A stretch of DNA of 64,000 nucleotides, from positions 128,001-192,000 of the forward strand of contig JBBDRF010000092.1 in assembly GCA_040905565.1 (NCBI GenBank). Reading direction: 5' to 3'. Positions within the stretch are counted from its first letter, which is position 1. Each line of letters begins with the position of its first letter. The stretch is from Phycisphaeraceae bacterium. GTDB lineage: Bacteria > Planctomycetota > Phycisphaerae > Phycisphaerales > Zrk34. The position numbers were made by a program, and so were the translations under genes. The notes below the pieces were generated by a model. The model searched no databases. It was not told the origin of the DNA and saw only the letters and a program-made list of their open reading frames with translations. Positions 21,004 through 31,643 of this stretch are shown here, one piece after another.

Positions 21004-24000
21004 TTGTTAGGGGCAAAATTGCACGTAAGAAGATTCGGTCTAATCTCCGCAGCAGCAGGCGGCAGAGCAGTCCATCTGGTCGCCGCTTGCCTGGCCCTCA
21101 CCCTCGGCTTCCTCAGCACCGAAGCGCGGGGGCAGGACGCCGATCCGCCCGACACGTTTCAGGCCGTCGCCGCCATCTTCGAAGGTCGATGCATCACCTG
21201 TCACAATTCGCACGGCACCAGCCAGGGTAATCTCAGTCTCGATCGCGCAGCCGCCGCCTTCAACCCGCCCGATCGCCGCCCCGTCATCGTGCCAGGCGAA
21301 CCCGACCGCAGCACAATCATCCAAGCGGTGCTCGGCCCCGAACCAAAGATGCCCAAGCGGGGCGAGTTGCTTTCCGATGAGCAGGTTCAGGCGATGCGCG
21401 ACTGGATCGCAGCCGGCGCCCCCTGGCCCGAAGGCCTCGAACTGCACAATCGCCCCGACATCTCCACCGACTGGTGGTCCCTCAAACCGCTCAAGCCACA
21501 GCCCATCCCGCAGCCAGCCCAGCACGCCGATTGGATCCGCAACCCCATCGACGCCTTCATCCTTGAGCAACTCCTCGAACAGGGGATGCGACCATCTCCC
21601 GAGGCCGACCGCCGCACCCTCATCCGCCGGGTCTACTTCGACCTGATCGGCTTGCCACCCACACCCGAGCAGGTCGAGGCCTTCATCGCCGATGACGATC
21701 CACACGCTTACGAGAGGGTCGTGGACGAATTGCTTCGCTCCCCCCACTACGGCGAGCGTTGGGCCCGGCATTGGATGGACGTCGCCGGCTACGCCGAGAG
21801 CCACGGCCATGACGAGGACGCACCGCGCGAGAACGCCTGGCCGTACCGCGATTACCTCATCCGTGCCTTCAACGAAGAGTTTCCATACAGCCGGTTCATC
21901 GAGCAGCAGATCGCCGGCGACGTCCTCTACCCCGATGATCCACAGGCGACAGTCGCCCTCGGCTTCCTCGCTGCAGGCTCATGGGACCAGAGTTCCCAGA
22001 TGGGCATTCAGGATGGTACCCACGACAAACTCGTCGCCCAGGTCCTCGACCGCGACGGGATGATCAGCGCCGCCGTCGGCAGCCTCAACAGCGTCACTAT
22101 CGCCTGCGCCCGCTGCCACAATCACAAGTTCGACCCCGTCACCCAGGAAGATTACTACGCCCTCCAAGCCGTCTTCGCCGGCGTCGATCGCCACGACATC
22201 CCTTACGATCCCGATCCCGTCATCCACCAGCGACGGCGTGAACTTGAGCAGCGCCAGCAAAACCTCGCGACGCTCACCAACGCCGAACTTCTCCGCCAGA
22301 ATGTCCAGCAAACCGTGGCCGCCTGGGAGCACAACCAGACCGAATCTGACAATTGGCAGACACTTGAACCCACCGACATCGCTGCCACGCATGGTTCAAG
22401 TTTCCAAAAACTCGACGACCATTCCATCCTCTTCGCAGGCGATCAGGAACGCGAAATCTACACCATCAGCGCCATCTCCCCGCAGCGCGGCATCACGGCT
22501 GTTCGCCTTGAGGTGCTCACCCATCCCGACCTCCCCGAGCAAGGCCCCGGAAGGGCGCCCAACGGCAACATCACGCTTTCCGACTTTCAAATTCACGCAG
22601 CGCCGTCAGCCGACGCCCAGCCGCAGCAACTTACCATCGCCCGCGCCTTCGCCGATTTCGATCAGGACAGCTGGACCGTCAACCATGCAATCGACGGCAA
22701 CCTCGCATCCGGCTGGGGCATCTTTCCGCAGGTCGGCCAGTCGCACGACGCGATCTTCGTCCTCGATGAGCCGATCGACGACGCAGACGCCACCCACCTC
22801 ACCTTCACGCTGAATCAGAACCACGGCGGCGCGCACATCATCGGCCGGCCCAGGCTTTCCGTCACCACATCGGCCACCCCGCGCCGCACACAGGCACTGC
22901 CAGACCACATCGCAGCCATCCTCAACCTCTCCCCTGAAACCCGCAGTCCGCAGCAGCACGCCGACCTCGCCCGTTACGTCTTAACGCAACGGGTGGAAGC
23001 AGAGCTTGCAGCACTGCCTGCCCCGCAGATGGTCTACGCCGTCACCACCGATTTCCCAGACAACGGCAACTATGTTTCGGCGCAGGGGCCGCGCCCCGTC
23101 CACGTGCTACATCGCGGCGACATCGACCAGCCAGGAGAGCCCGCCCAACCCGGCGCGCTCTCCTGGCTGGAGGAACTGCCCGCAAGATTTGAACTCGACA
23201 ACCCCGACGACGAATCCGCCCGCCGCGCTGCACTGGCGCGCTGGCTTAGCGATGATCGCAACGTCATGACCTGGCGATCAGTCGTCAATCGCGTATGGCA
23301 CTACCACTTCGGCCGCGGAATCGTCGCAACGCCCGACGACTTCGGCCGCATGGGAGCCGAACCAACCCATCCGGAACTCCTGGATTTCCTCGCCCTCCGC
23401 TTCCGCGACGAAAGCCAACAGTCCTTCAAGCAGTTGAGCCGGATGATCGTCACCAGCGCCACCTATCGCCAGACTTCCACCCACCAGTCCGATTACGCCG
23501 CCCACGATGCGGAAAACCGCTACCTCTATCGCATGAACCGCCGACGCCTTTCCGCCGAACAGCTCACCGACGCGGTCCTCACCATCAGCGGCCAGCTCGA
23601 CCGCACCATGGGCGGCCCCTCGGTCAAGCAGTTCGTCCAGTCGCCCGGCGTTCACGTCACCCCCAACGTGGACTATCAGGATTTCGACCCCGACGATCCC
23701 GCCAACAACCGCCGGGCCATCTACCGCTTCCTTATGCGCACCCTCCCCGATCCGCTGATGGAATCGCTCGATTGCCCCACCGGCTCCCAGCCAACCCCGG
23801 TGCGAGGTGATTCCGTGACGCCCTTGCAGGCGCTCGCCATGATGAACAACCCGTTCATGATTCGTCAGGCCGAGCACCTCGCCGCTCGCCTCGCCGCACA
23901 ATCAACCGACAGCACCGAGCAGGTCCGCCACCTTTACCGCCTCGCCTTGAACCGTGAACCCACCGAGCTTGAACGTCGCGCCATCACGAAATACGCCGAC

Positions 24001-24066
24001 GACCACAGCCTCGCGGCTGCCTGCCGACTCGTCTTCAACACCAACGCTTTCATGTTCCTCGATTGA
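21004..24066 (+). CDS. Planctomycete cytochrome c + DUF1549 + DUF1553 (PSD1) protein
   Basis: CITCH, NPIDAFI, RRTLIRRVYFDLIGLPPT, YGERWARHW, CARCHNHKFDP, VNRVW..HFGRGIV.TP.DFG and QAL.MMN motifs. Start codon uncertain. Confidence 0.9.
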   Translation: MLGAKLHVRRFGLISAAAGGRAVHLVAACLALTLGFLSTEARGQDADPPDTFQAVAAIFEGRCITCHNSHGTSQGNLSLDRAAAAFNPPDRRPVIVPGEPDRSTIIQAVLGPEPKMPKRGELLSDEQVQAMRDWIAAGAPWPEGLELHNRPDISTDWWSLKPLKPQPIPQPAQHADWIRNPIDAFILEQLLEQGMRPSPEADRRTLIRRVYFDLIGLPPTPEQVEAFIADDDPHAYERVVDELLRSPHYGERWARHWMDVAGYAESHGHDEDAPRENAWPYRDYLIRAFNEEFPYSRFIEQQIAGDVLYPDDPQATVALGFLAAGSWDQSSQMGIQDGTHDKLVAQVLDRDGMISAAVGSLNSVTIACARCHNHKFDPVTQEDYYALQAVFAGVDRHDIPYDPDPVIHQRRRELEQRQQNLATLTNAELLRQNVQQTVAAWEHNQTESDNWQTLEPTDIAATHGSSFQKLDDHSILFAGDQEREIYTISAISPQRGITAVRLEVLTHPDLPEQGPGRAPNGNITLSDFQIHAAPSADAQPQQLTIARAFADFDQDSWTVNHAIDGNLASGWGIFPQVGQSHDAIFVLDEPIDDADATHLTFTLNQNHGGAHIIGRPRLSVTTSATPRRTQALPDHIAAILNLSPETRSPQQHADLARYVLTQRVEAELAALPAPQMVYAVTTDFPDNGNYVSAQGPRPVHVLHRGDIDQPGEPAQPGALSWLEELPARFELDNPDDESARRAALARWLSDDRNVMTWRSVVNRVWHYHFGRGIVATPDDFGRMGAEPTHPELLDFLALRFRDESQQSFKQLSRMIVTSATYRQTSTHQSDYAAHDAENRYLYRMNRRRLSAEQLTDAVLTISGQLDRTMGGPSVKQFVQSPGVHVTPNVDYQDFDPDDPANNRRAIYRFLMRTLPDPLMESLDCPTGSQPTPVRGDSVTPLQALAMMNNPFMIRQAEHLAARLAAQSTDSTEQVRHLYRLALNREPTELERRAITKYADDHSLAAACRLVFNTNAFMFLD

Positions 24067-24083
24067 CATCAGGACGCGTAGCC

Positions 24084-25562
24084 ATGAGTCACCACGCCAC
24101 CAATCCCCCCACGCAATCGCCCGCATCACGCCGGCAGTTCCTCTTTAACGTCGGTGGCGGATTCGGTGGACTCGCCATTGCCGACCTGCTACATCGCGAA
24201 CAACTCCTCGCCAGATCCACCAGGCAACCACTCGGTGTCGGAACCGTCCACCGCAACGACGGCGGCCTCCATCGCGTCCCGAAAATCAAACGCGTCGTCC
24301 AGCTTTTCATGAACGGCGGCGCCAGCCCCATGGACCTCTTCGATTACAAGCCGCGGCTCGAGGAACTCCACGGCCAACGTTTCGATCCCGGCGGCGACCA
24401 ACGCGTCGAAGGCGTCACCGGCCAGACCGATTTCACCGTCATGAAAAGCCCCTTTAAGTTCCGACGCTACGGACACAGCGGCCGCTGGGTCAGCGAAGTC
24501 TTCCCGCACATCGCCACATGCGTCGACGACCTGGCCTTCCTCATGTCGATGGTCTCAAAATCAAACGTCCACGGACCAGCCAGCTACATGCAGAACACCG
24601 GCTTTGTCGATCCCGGTTTTCCCGCCATGGGAGCATGGGTCAGCTACGGACTCGGCTCCGTCAACGACAACCTCCCAGCCTTCGTCGTCCTGCCCGATCC
24701 CGCCGGCTTGCCCTACAACAATCGCGGAAACTTCGAGAGCGGCTTCCTCCCCGTCCGTCACCAGGGCATGCTCGTGCGCCCCCATCGGCCTCAACCCGTC
24801 GCACACCTCCAGCCCCCAGCCCACGCCGAACACATCAACCGCGAAACCGAAGACGACGGCTACAAACTCCTCCGCATGCTCAACGAGGAACACGCCGCCG
24901 ACCGCCCCGGCGACACCCGACTCGAATCACGCATCGCCAGCTACGAACTGGCCGCCCGCATGCAACTCAACGCGGCCGATGTCTTCGATATCGAAAATGA
25001 ACCCAGCCACGCCATCAGCATGTACGGCGCCGATGCGGAGCCGACGCAGAACTTCGGCCGCAACTGCCTCATCGCCCGCCGCCTCCTCGAACGCGGGGTC
25101 CGCTTCGTCCAGGTCTGGAACGGCCCCGGCGGGCCCACCAATAACTGGGATAACCACGGCAACATCCCCGCTGAACTCCCGCCTCGCGCCGCCGAAACGG
25201 ACAAACCCACCGCCGCCCTCGTCCGAGATCTTCAGCAACGCGGCCTCTGGGACGACACCCTCATCATCTGGACCACCGAATTTGGCAGGCAGCCATTCAG
25301 CCAGGGCCAGGCCGGCCGTGACCATAATCGCGGCACATTCGTCTCATGGCTCGGCGGCGGCCCCATCAAACCCGGCGTCGCCTATGGCCAAAGCGACGAA
25401 TGGGCCTGGAAGTCACTAAAGCCAACCTGGTGTTACGACCTCCACGCCACCATCCTGCACCTGATGGGCATCGACCACACCCGCCTGACATTCCGCCACA
25501 ACGGCATCGACCGCCGCCTCACCGACGTCCACGGCCACGTCATCCACGAGATTCTAGTTTGA
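24084..25562 (+). CDS. DUF1501 domain protein, Tat-exported
   Basis: SRRQFL, LFMNGG.S.MDLFD.KP, ARRLLERGVRFVQ, WDNH and EFGR.P...GRDH motifs. Confidence 0.92.
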   Translation: MSHHATNPPTQSPASRRQFLFNVGGGFGGLAIADLLHREQLLARSTRQPLGVGTVHRNDGGLHRVPKIKRVVQLFMNGGASPMDLFDYKPRLEELHGQRFDPGGDQRVEGVTGQTDFTVMKSPFKFRRYGHSGRWVSEVFPHIATCVDDLAFLMSMVSKSNVHGPASYMQNTGFVDPGFPAMGAWVSYGLGSVNDNLPAFVVLPDPAGLPYNNRGNFESGFLPVRHQGMLVRPHRPQPVAHLQPPAHAEHINRETEDDGYKLLRMLNEEHAADRPGDTRLESRIASYELAARMQLNAADVFDIENEPSHAISMYGADAEPTQNFGRNCLIARRLLERGVRFVQVWNGPGGPTNNWDNHGNIPAELPPRAAETDKPTAALVRDLQQRGLWDDTLIIWTTEFGRQPFSQGQAGRDHNRGTFVSWLGGGPIKPGVAYGQSDEWAWKSLKPTWCYDLHATILHLMGIDHTRLTFRHNGIDRRLTDVHGHVIHEILV

Positions 25563-25836
25563 AAACTGCCACCAATACGCACTGCGCCAAAGACTCGCCA
25601 GATGCCGATTCATTTGTCGGTGCTTTGGTGTACCAGATGCGCGACTTGGATGGCAAACTTTTGAACATCATGAGCGTGCCCTTCCTGCGACGAGCCATCG
25701 GCGACGCGGGCGGGGACGGACCACACCCGCCACGCCGCATCGCCAGTCGTGAAGGCGAGCGTGAAGAAGGTGGGGTTCGAACTGCAGCAGTACGCACCAT
25801 GCGTCCACGTGGCCGCCGGTGAACACGACGACCCGC

Positions 25837-25929
25837 TCAGCCGATCTTCCGGATCGCGTCCTCGGCCTTCTCCCGGTCGAGTTCGGCGTAAATTTCGGTC
25901 ACGTTCAGCGAGCGTTGGCCGAGAATGGT
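25837..25929 (-). pseudogene. C-terminal remnant of a tyrosine integrase
   Basis: My translation: TILGQRSLNVTEIYAELDREKAEDAIRKIG*. It aligns with the end of the integrase at 62559 (IVLGHSSLVITQTYAEQNDRKARAVIAKVG*). Confidence 0.75.
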
Positions 25930-26188
25930 CGGATGTGCGTCGCTGGGTTGTCCCAGAGTTGGCGGCGGTGCCAGCGATGCTCACGCTGCCACCGTTTCAA
26001 ATTCGTCCCATGCCGCTTCACGAGCCGCTCCTGTCATGCTTGATCGGTTTCCCAGCGGGTGCTGCTGCCGCCCTTATTGCTGGGTACCCGCTGACGGGAC
26101 AGATGCTCGGGCGGCGGATACCTTAGCGACGGGACTGAGGAATTGATGCATAGTTAATCGCGGGGGCATGCCACTAAAGTGGTCAGCG

Positions 26189-27035
26189 TCAGTTCAACGA
26201 AGCTCCGACCAGCGTCGCCGCAACACTGAATGCCCGGCGTTTGAGCCGTTCGCCGTTGCCGAACCAGATCGTATTCAGCGGCTCCTTGTTCCGGCCGGTG
26301 TAGGATTCGCGATCGGTCCACTGGGTCACCGCGTTGTACGCTGCCCAAAGCGTGCCCCGTGCTCCCGGCAACTGGTTGCCATCACCGGTTTCAAAGAGCT
26401 CAGCGAGCCGAGCATGATGCTGGTTCACGCGTTCATACTGAGGATCGTCCTCGGCAGGGGTGGGCATTACCTGCTCAAAGTACGTCGCCAAGCGGTTGCT
26501 GGTCATGGACGCCTGGGCCATCTCCTGCATCGCAGTACCCGCGTGATCCATTGCTGTGTTCACCAGCCCAAGCAGCTGATGAGCATCCTTGACCCGATCG
26601 GCCACATCCGGATTGTGACGAATCGAGACACCGCTCATCCCACGCAGTGCGACGTTGAGCGTGTTCATGCAGACGACGCGAATTGGGGTGAGACCGATCC
26701 GCACCGCAGCCGTCCCGTCGTGAGCATTGCTCAGCAGGATGAATTTCTCAGCGATGTCGTCACCAACCACACGAATCACGCCCGGCAACTTGGCCAGCAT
26801 CCAGATGCGACGCCCACCCCGCAGTGCTCCGGCGGTGTGATAAACTGCACCACCTTCGCCAACAACCGGGTCAAGAAAACCAAACGCTTCACGGTTTTGT
26901 AGCGGCGTGTAATCTCGGCCCACCACAGCCAGCTGGCCACCATCACGGTCACCAAGCCGATCAGTTCGGCAGATCGCATGGCGATCCTTGATCTTCACGT
27001 CACGGCTGACGCCGGTGTAAATCGGCTGAGCGACG
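26189..27035 (-). pseudogene. DUF932 (phage/plasmid-like) protein, 5'-truncated
   Basis: Motifs VVG.DY.PLQN..AF.F.D, TAGAL.GG.RIW, LLSNAHDG, TPIRVVC.NTL, IRH and GTLWAAYNAVT.W.D. The N-terminus is replaced by DUF1501 sequence. Confidence 0.85.
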
Positions 27036-27039
27036 GCTC

Positions 27040-28001
27040 GTCTGGGTGTGGTAGACCTGCACAAAGCGGACGCCTCGTTCGACGAGTCGGCGGGCCATGA
27101 GACACTGGCGGCCGAAGTGAGCGGTTTCGGGCTCGTCGATGCCGTAGTGAGTCTGAACGTGTTGGGGCTCGCGGGCGACTTCGAAGGCTTCGGGGGCGGC
27201 TGACTGCATGCGGAAGCCGAGCTCGAAGGATTCGATGCGGGAGCTGAGACGGGAATCGTGTTCCCGCTGAGCCTGGTATTGCTTGTCGAGTGCCTGGAGG
27301 GCCTGGAGCTGCTGTTGCTGTTCGGCTTGATCGAAGGTGGCGTTGCGCACGTTGGCGATGGGGTTGTTCAGATCGCTGACGAGGGTGCCTTGGTAAGCGG
27401 CAGGCATGAAGGCACTTGTCCAGAGCGGCGCCCCTTGGGCGGGCTGATCAGGGCTGATGACGACGTAGCCGGGGAGGTTCTGGTTGACGGTGCCGAGGCC
27501 GTAGAGCAGCCATGAGCCGAGGCTGGGGCGGCTGAAGGCCTGTTCGCCGGTGTTCAGCTGGAGGCAGGCGCCGTTGTGGTTGATGTTGTCGGCGACCATG
27601 GAGCGGATGACGCAGATATCGTCGGCGCATCGGGCGATGTTGGGCAGCAGTTCGCTGACCTCCATGCCGCTCTGGCCGTGGCGGCGGAACTTGAATGGAG
27701 AGCCGAGCAGGCCTCGTGTCTGCGTCCGCATGAGGCTGGGTTTTTCGAATGGGAGTGGCTGGCCGGCGTGCTTCTCGAGCATGGGCTTGGGATCGAAGAG
27801 GTCCATCTGGGAGGGGCCGCCGGACATGAAGAGGAAGATGACGTTCTTGGCGCGGGGGAGGTAGTGCGGGGCTGGGGCGGACGTGCTGGTGGATGCTGCG
27901 GCCTCGCGCGCGAGCACATCGGCGACGGGGAGCATGGCGAGACCTCCGGCGAATCGCTGAAGCATCTGTCGCCTGTTGACGGGGTGTTGTGATGATCGCA
28001 T
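27040..28001 (-). pseudogene. DUF1501 domain protein, 3'-truncated
   Basis: NRRQML, FLFMSGGPSQMDLFDPKP and ARRLVERGVRFVQVYH are present. The WD.H, EFGR and GRDH region seen in the intact paralog is missing. Confidence 0.85.
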
Positions 28002-28020
28002 GGCTTGCCCTGAATTTGGA

Positions 28021-31000
28021 TCAGTCGATGTAGATGAATTCGTTCCCGCAGAGGAGGACGTGCGCGTAGAGTTGCCATGCGCGTTGGCCGTTGCCGGCCT
28101 GCTCGATGATGTTCTGGCCGATGGCGATTTCGGGGGCGCGCGGCGGTCTTGTGTAAAGCAGCCGATAGAGCAGGTTGATGCGCGGCTCGACGCCGTCGCC
28201 TGCCTGGTCTGCGACGCGCTGGGCCAGTGCTGCGGCGCGGTCGAGCACGAAGGGGTTGTTCATCATGAAGAGCGCCTGTGGCGCGACGGTTGATTCTTCA
28301 CGCTCGGAGATGATGGCGCGGGGGTTGGCGGCATCGAAGAGGAGGCTCTAGCCGGTGCGATCTGAGCGGACGGCCTGGAGGTAGATGGTGCGGCGCGGGG
28401 TGTTGAGATCGGTGATGGCGGGGCCGTTGGGGGTGAGATCGAGTTTGCCGGTGACGGCGAGCATGGCATCGCGCAGGGGCTCGGCTTGGAGGCGGCGGCG
28501 CAGGATCCTGCCGAGCATTTTGTACTCGGGATCGGCGGCGCGGGTTTGCGAATCGGCTCGGGTGGACTGGCGGTAAGTGGTGGAGAGCATGATCCGACGG
28601 TGGATGGTTTTGATGGACCATCCGCTTTCGATGAAGGCGTGTGCGAGGTTGTCGAGGAGTTGGGGATGGCTAGGTGTGTTGCCGTGGTTGCCGAAGTTGT
28701 CGGGGGTTCGGACGAGGCCTTCGCCGAAGTGGTGTTGCCAGATGCGATTGACCATGACGCGCGCGGTGAGGGGGTGATCATCGCGGACAAGCCATTGGGC
28801 GAGTTGGAGGCGGCCGCTGGTGTTGTCGGGGATCTGGGGTTGATCGGTTTCGTCGGCGAGAATGCGGGGGAAGCCGCGGGGGACGGAGTCGCCGAGTCGA
28901 TCGTATCGGCCTCGGAGATGGATGTGGGCGTCGGCGAAGCCCTCGTGTTCGGAGCCGGGGACGCCGTTTTCGAGGACGCCTTCGATTATGAGGACGGGCT
29001 GATTGGCGAGCTGCTGGGCGTCGGTGCGCTGCTGTCGGAGCTGATTGAGCTGGTCGCGATCGGCTTTCTCCAGCGACTGGGTAACATCGAGGCCACGCCA
29101 TATGGGGCCGTCGGCGTCGATGAGCAAGGCGATCAGCTGGGCGTCGGGGGTGGCTTCATCAGGCGTGGGTTCATCCAGCAGGGTTGTGAGGCGATGGGAA
29201 GGCTCGGTGCGATCATCGTCGGCGGCTTCGTTGGTGAGGGCGGCGACGTAGGCGGCGAGTGCGGAGCCGGCGGGTGGGGTTTGGGGATCAGCGCTGTCGC
29301 CGCCGAGGGTGTAGAAGTGCCAGCGGGGGCGGCCCTGGTCGTCGAGGTGAGGGTTGGTTGCGTCGATGTTGTCGAGGAGGTCTGCGGTTGCCCAGCGATG
29401 ATCGCCGTCTGCTGACTCGATGACGAGGCTGGCGATGGTGGAATCGAAGCTGTGGTCACTGTCGCGGGGATCGATGACGAGGGAGACGACGTCGCCGGGT
29501 TGGATGTCGAGACTGACGTTTGCGTTTGATTTGCCGCCGCGGTCGTAGGTGCCTTGGGCGACGGTTTGCCTTGCGTCCTTGCGGGATAACTGGAGGGACC
29601 AGGCGATGCCGTTGCCGCCGTTGGGGTCGGCATCGTGGAGGGTGGCAGTGACGTTGATGGCGGTGCGTTCGTCACTGTGCCAGCCGATGGCGACGGATTG
29701 ATCGGGGGCGGGATGGACGGCGAGACTTCGCGGGGGGATGGTCCAGGTTGTGGAGCTTAGCGGCTCGTTGAGTTGGTTGGCCATGAGCCAGGGTGTTGTA
29801 TCCTGACCCCAGCCGGCGAGGCCGTCCAGAGCGGGTTGCATGCGCCGGGTGAAGAGGCCGTCGATGTGGGGTTGGGCGTCCTGGTTGCCGCCGGCGAAGG
29901 TGAGAAGGCGGTCGAGCAGGGCGTCGTCGGTAGCATCAGGCGCGGCTTCGTCATCGCTTGCGAGGTGATCGGCGAGGGGCTTTAAGCGGCGTACGACCTG
30001 CTGGCGGCGATGGGCGTTCTCGGCGGCTTCGATCTCGCTGGCCAAACGTTGGGCTTGCTCCCCGGCCTGCTGGCGCTGGCGTTGCTCTTGAGGGGACAGC
30101 AGTGGGATGTTCACCATGGGCGTGCCGGCGGCGGGATCCCCGGGCTCGGGAACGATGTGGCTTGAGAAGAACGAGCCGGCTAAGGCGTAGTAGTCTTCGA
30201 TGCCGATGGGGTCGTAAACGTGATCGTGACAGCGGGCGCAGGAGACGGTGAGGCCCATGATGGCGCGGCTGACGACGTCGATCTGGTCGTCAACGATGTC
30301 GGTCATCATCTTGCGCTTGTCGGAGTCGCCTTCCTCCCATGCACCAAGTGCGAGCATGGCGGTGGCTGTGACGCGGTCGGAGTCGTAGCCGCCCTCGACG
30401 AGGTCGCCGGCTATTTGATCGATGATGAACTGGTCGTAGGGGTAGTCGTTGTTGAAGGCGTTGACGACCCAGTCGCGGTAGCGCCAGGCGTTGGCGACGT
30501 CGCCTTGGGTACCCGTGCCGCGTGCGTCTTTGGAATCGGCGTAGCGGACGACGTCGAGCCAGTGCCTGCCCCACCGCTGGCCGTACTGCGGGGAGGCGAG
30601 CAGTTCATCGACGACCTGCGCGAATGCGTCGTCGGATTCGTCGGTCACGAATGCGCGGACCTGCTCGGGGGTTGGCGGGAGGCCTATAAGATCGAAGTAC
30701 GCGCGGCGGATGAGTGTACGGCGGTCCGCTTCCTCGGCGGGCATGAGTTCACGGTGTTCGAGCTCGGCGAGGATGAAGCCATCGATGGGATCGCGGACCC
30801 ATTGTGTGCGATCGACGGTTGGGGGCTCTGTCCACTGCACGGGGGAGAAGGCCCAGTGCTGGCGGGCCTGCTGGACAGCAAAGGAGGAGCCGGCCCATCG
30901 ATCTTCCGCCTGCTGGTTACTGGGGGTTCTTCGCGTGGGTCGACGGCGCCGGCCTGTACCCAGCGGACGAAATCGCCACGCGACCTGCTCGGTGAGCCGA

Positions 31001-31377
31001 TCGCGTGGCGGCATCTGCAAGGCGGAAACATGGTAGCGGATGGCGCTGATGAGCAGGCTGGCCTCGGCGTCGCCAGGGACGATGGCGGGACCGCTGTCGC
31101 CGCCGCGGAGCATGCCGGCTGCTGAATCGAGGCGGAGGCCGTTGCGTGCGAGGCTGGAGCTGTGGCACTCGAAACAGCGCTCGGCGAGGACGGGGCGGAT
31201 TTTGCGTTCGAAGTGCTCGAGTTCCGCTGCTTCGTCGGCGAGCGCTAGATCCCCGCACAACAGAAACCCGAGAAGGAAGGCCGTGGCCGTGATCGACGAG
31301 TCGGGATGATCACCAGAGAGCCCCTTCGTCCGACCGTGAGTTTCACCTTGTCGATTGTATGCCAGCCGGCGGAACAT
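28021..31377 (-). pseudogene. Planctomycete cytochrome c + DUF1549/DUF1553 protein carrying lesions
   Basis: CFECH, CARCHDH and VNRIWQHHFG motifs. In-frame TAG at 28348-28350, after which the same frame continues (SLLFDAANP...QALFMMNNPF...NEFIYID*). A compensating frameshift pair lies at ~30925-30978. Start uncertain. Confidence 0.82.
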
Positions 31378-31409
31378 GGATAATGCGCAGTTTGATGGTG
31401 TGGCATTGC

Positions 31410-31615
31410 TGAGGGAGGCAGCGGGATAGGCGAAGACCTGTTGCCGAGCTTCAGGCGGGAAGTCGTGATCGGCGTCGGGATGGATGATCTCCAGATTCGC
31501 TTCGCGCTCGTGAAGTGCGTAAACAGCTCGGGCAGCTTTGCCTGCGCCGCGCTGCGCCAGCGGAAGTTGCCGTCGCCGATCGGCGCAGAGACCAAGCAGC
31601 GGCGGTTGCGACGAG
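31410..31615 (-). pseudogene. C-terminal remnant of an alpha/beta hydrolase
   Basis: Across frameshifts it reads RRCLVSAPIGDGNFRW / KAARAVYALHEREANLEIIHPDADHDFPPEARQQVFA, which includes the catalytic-His-type H.DF motif. Confidence 0.6.
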
Positions 31616-31643
31616 GGAGCGGCCGTTGCGTTCGCCGGACGCC

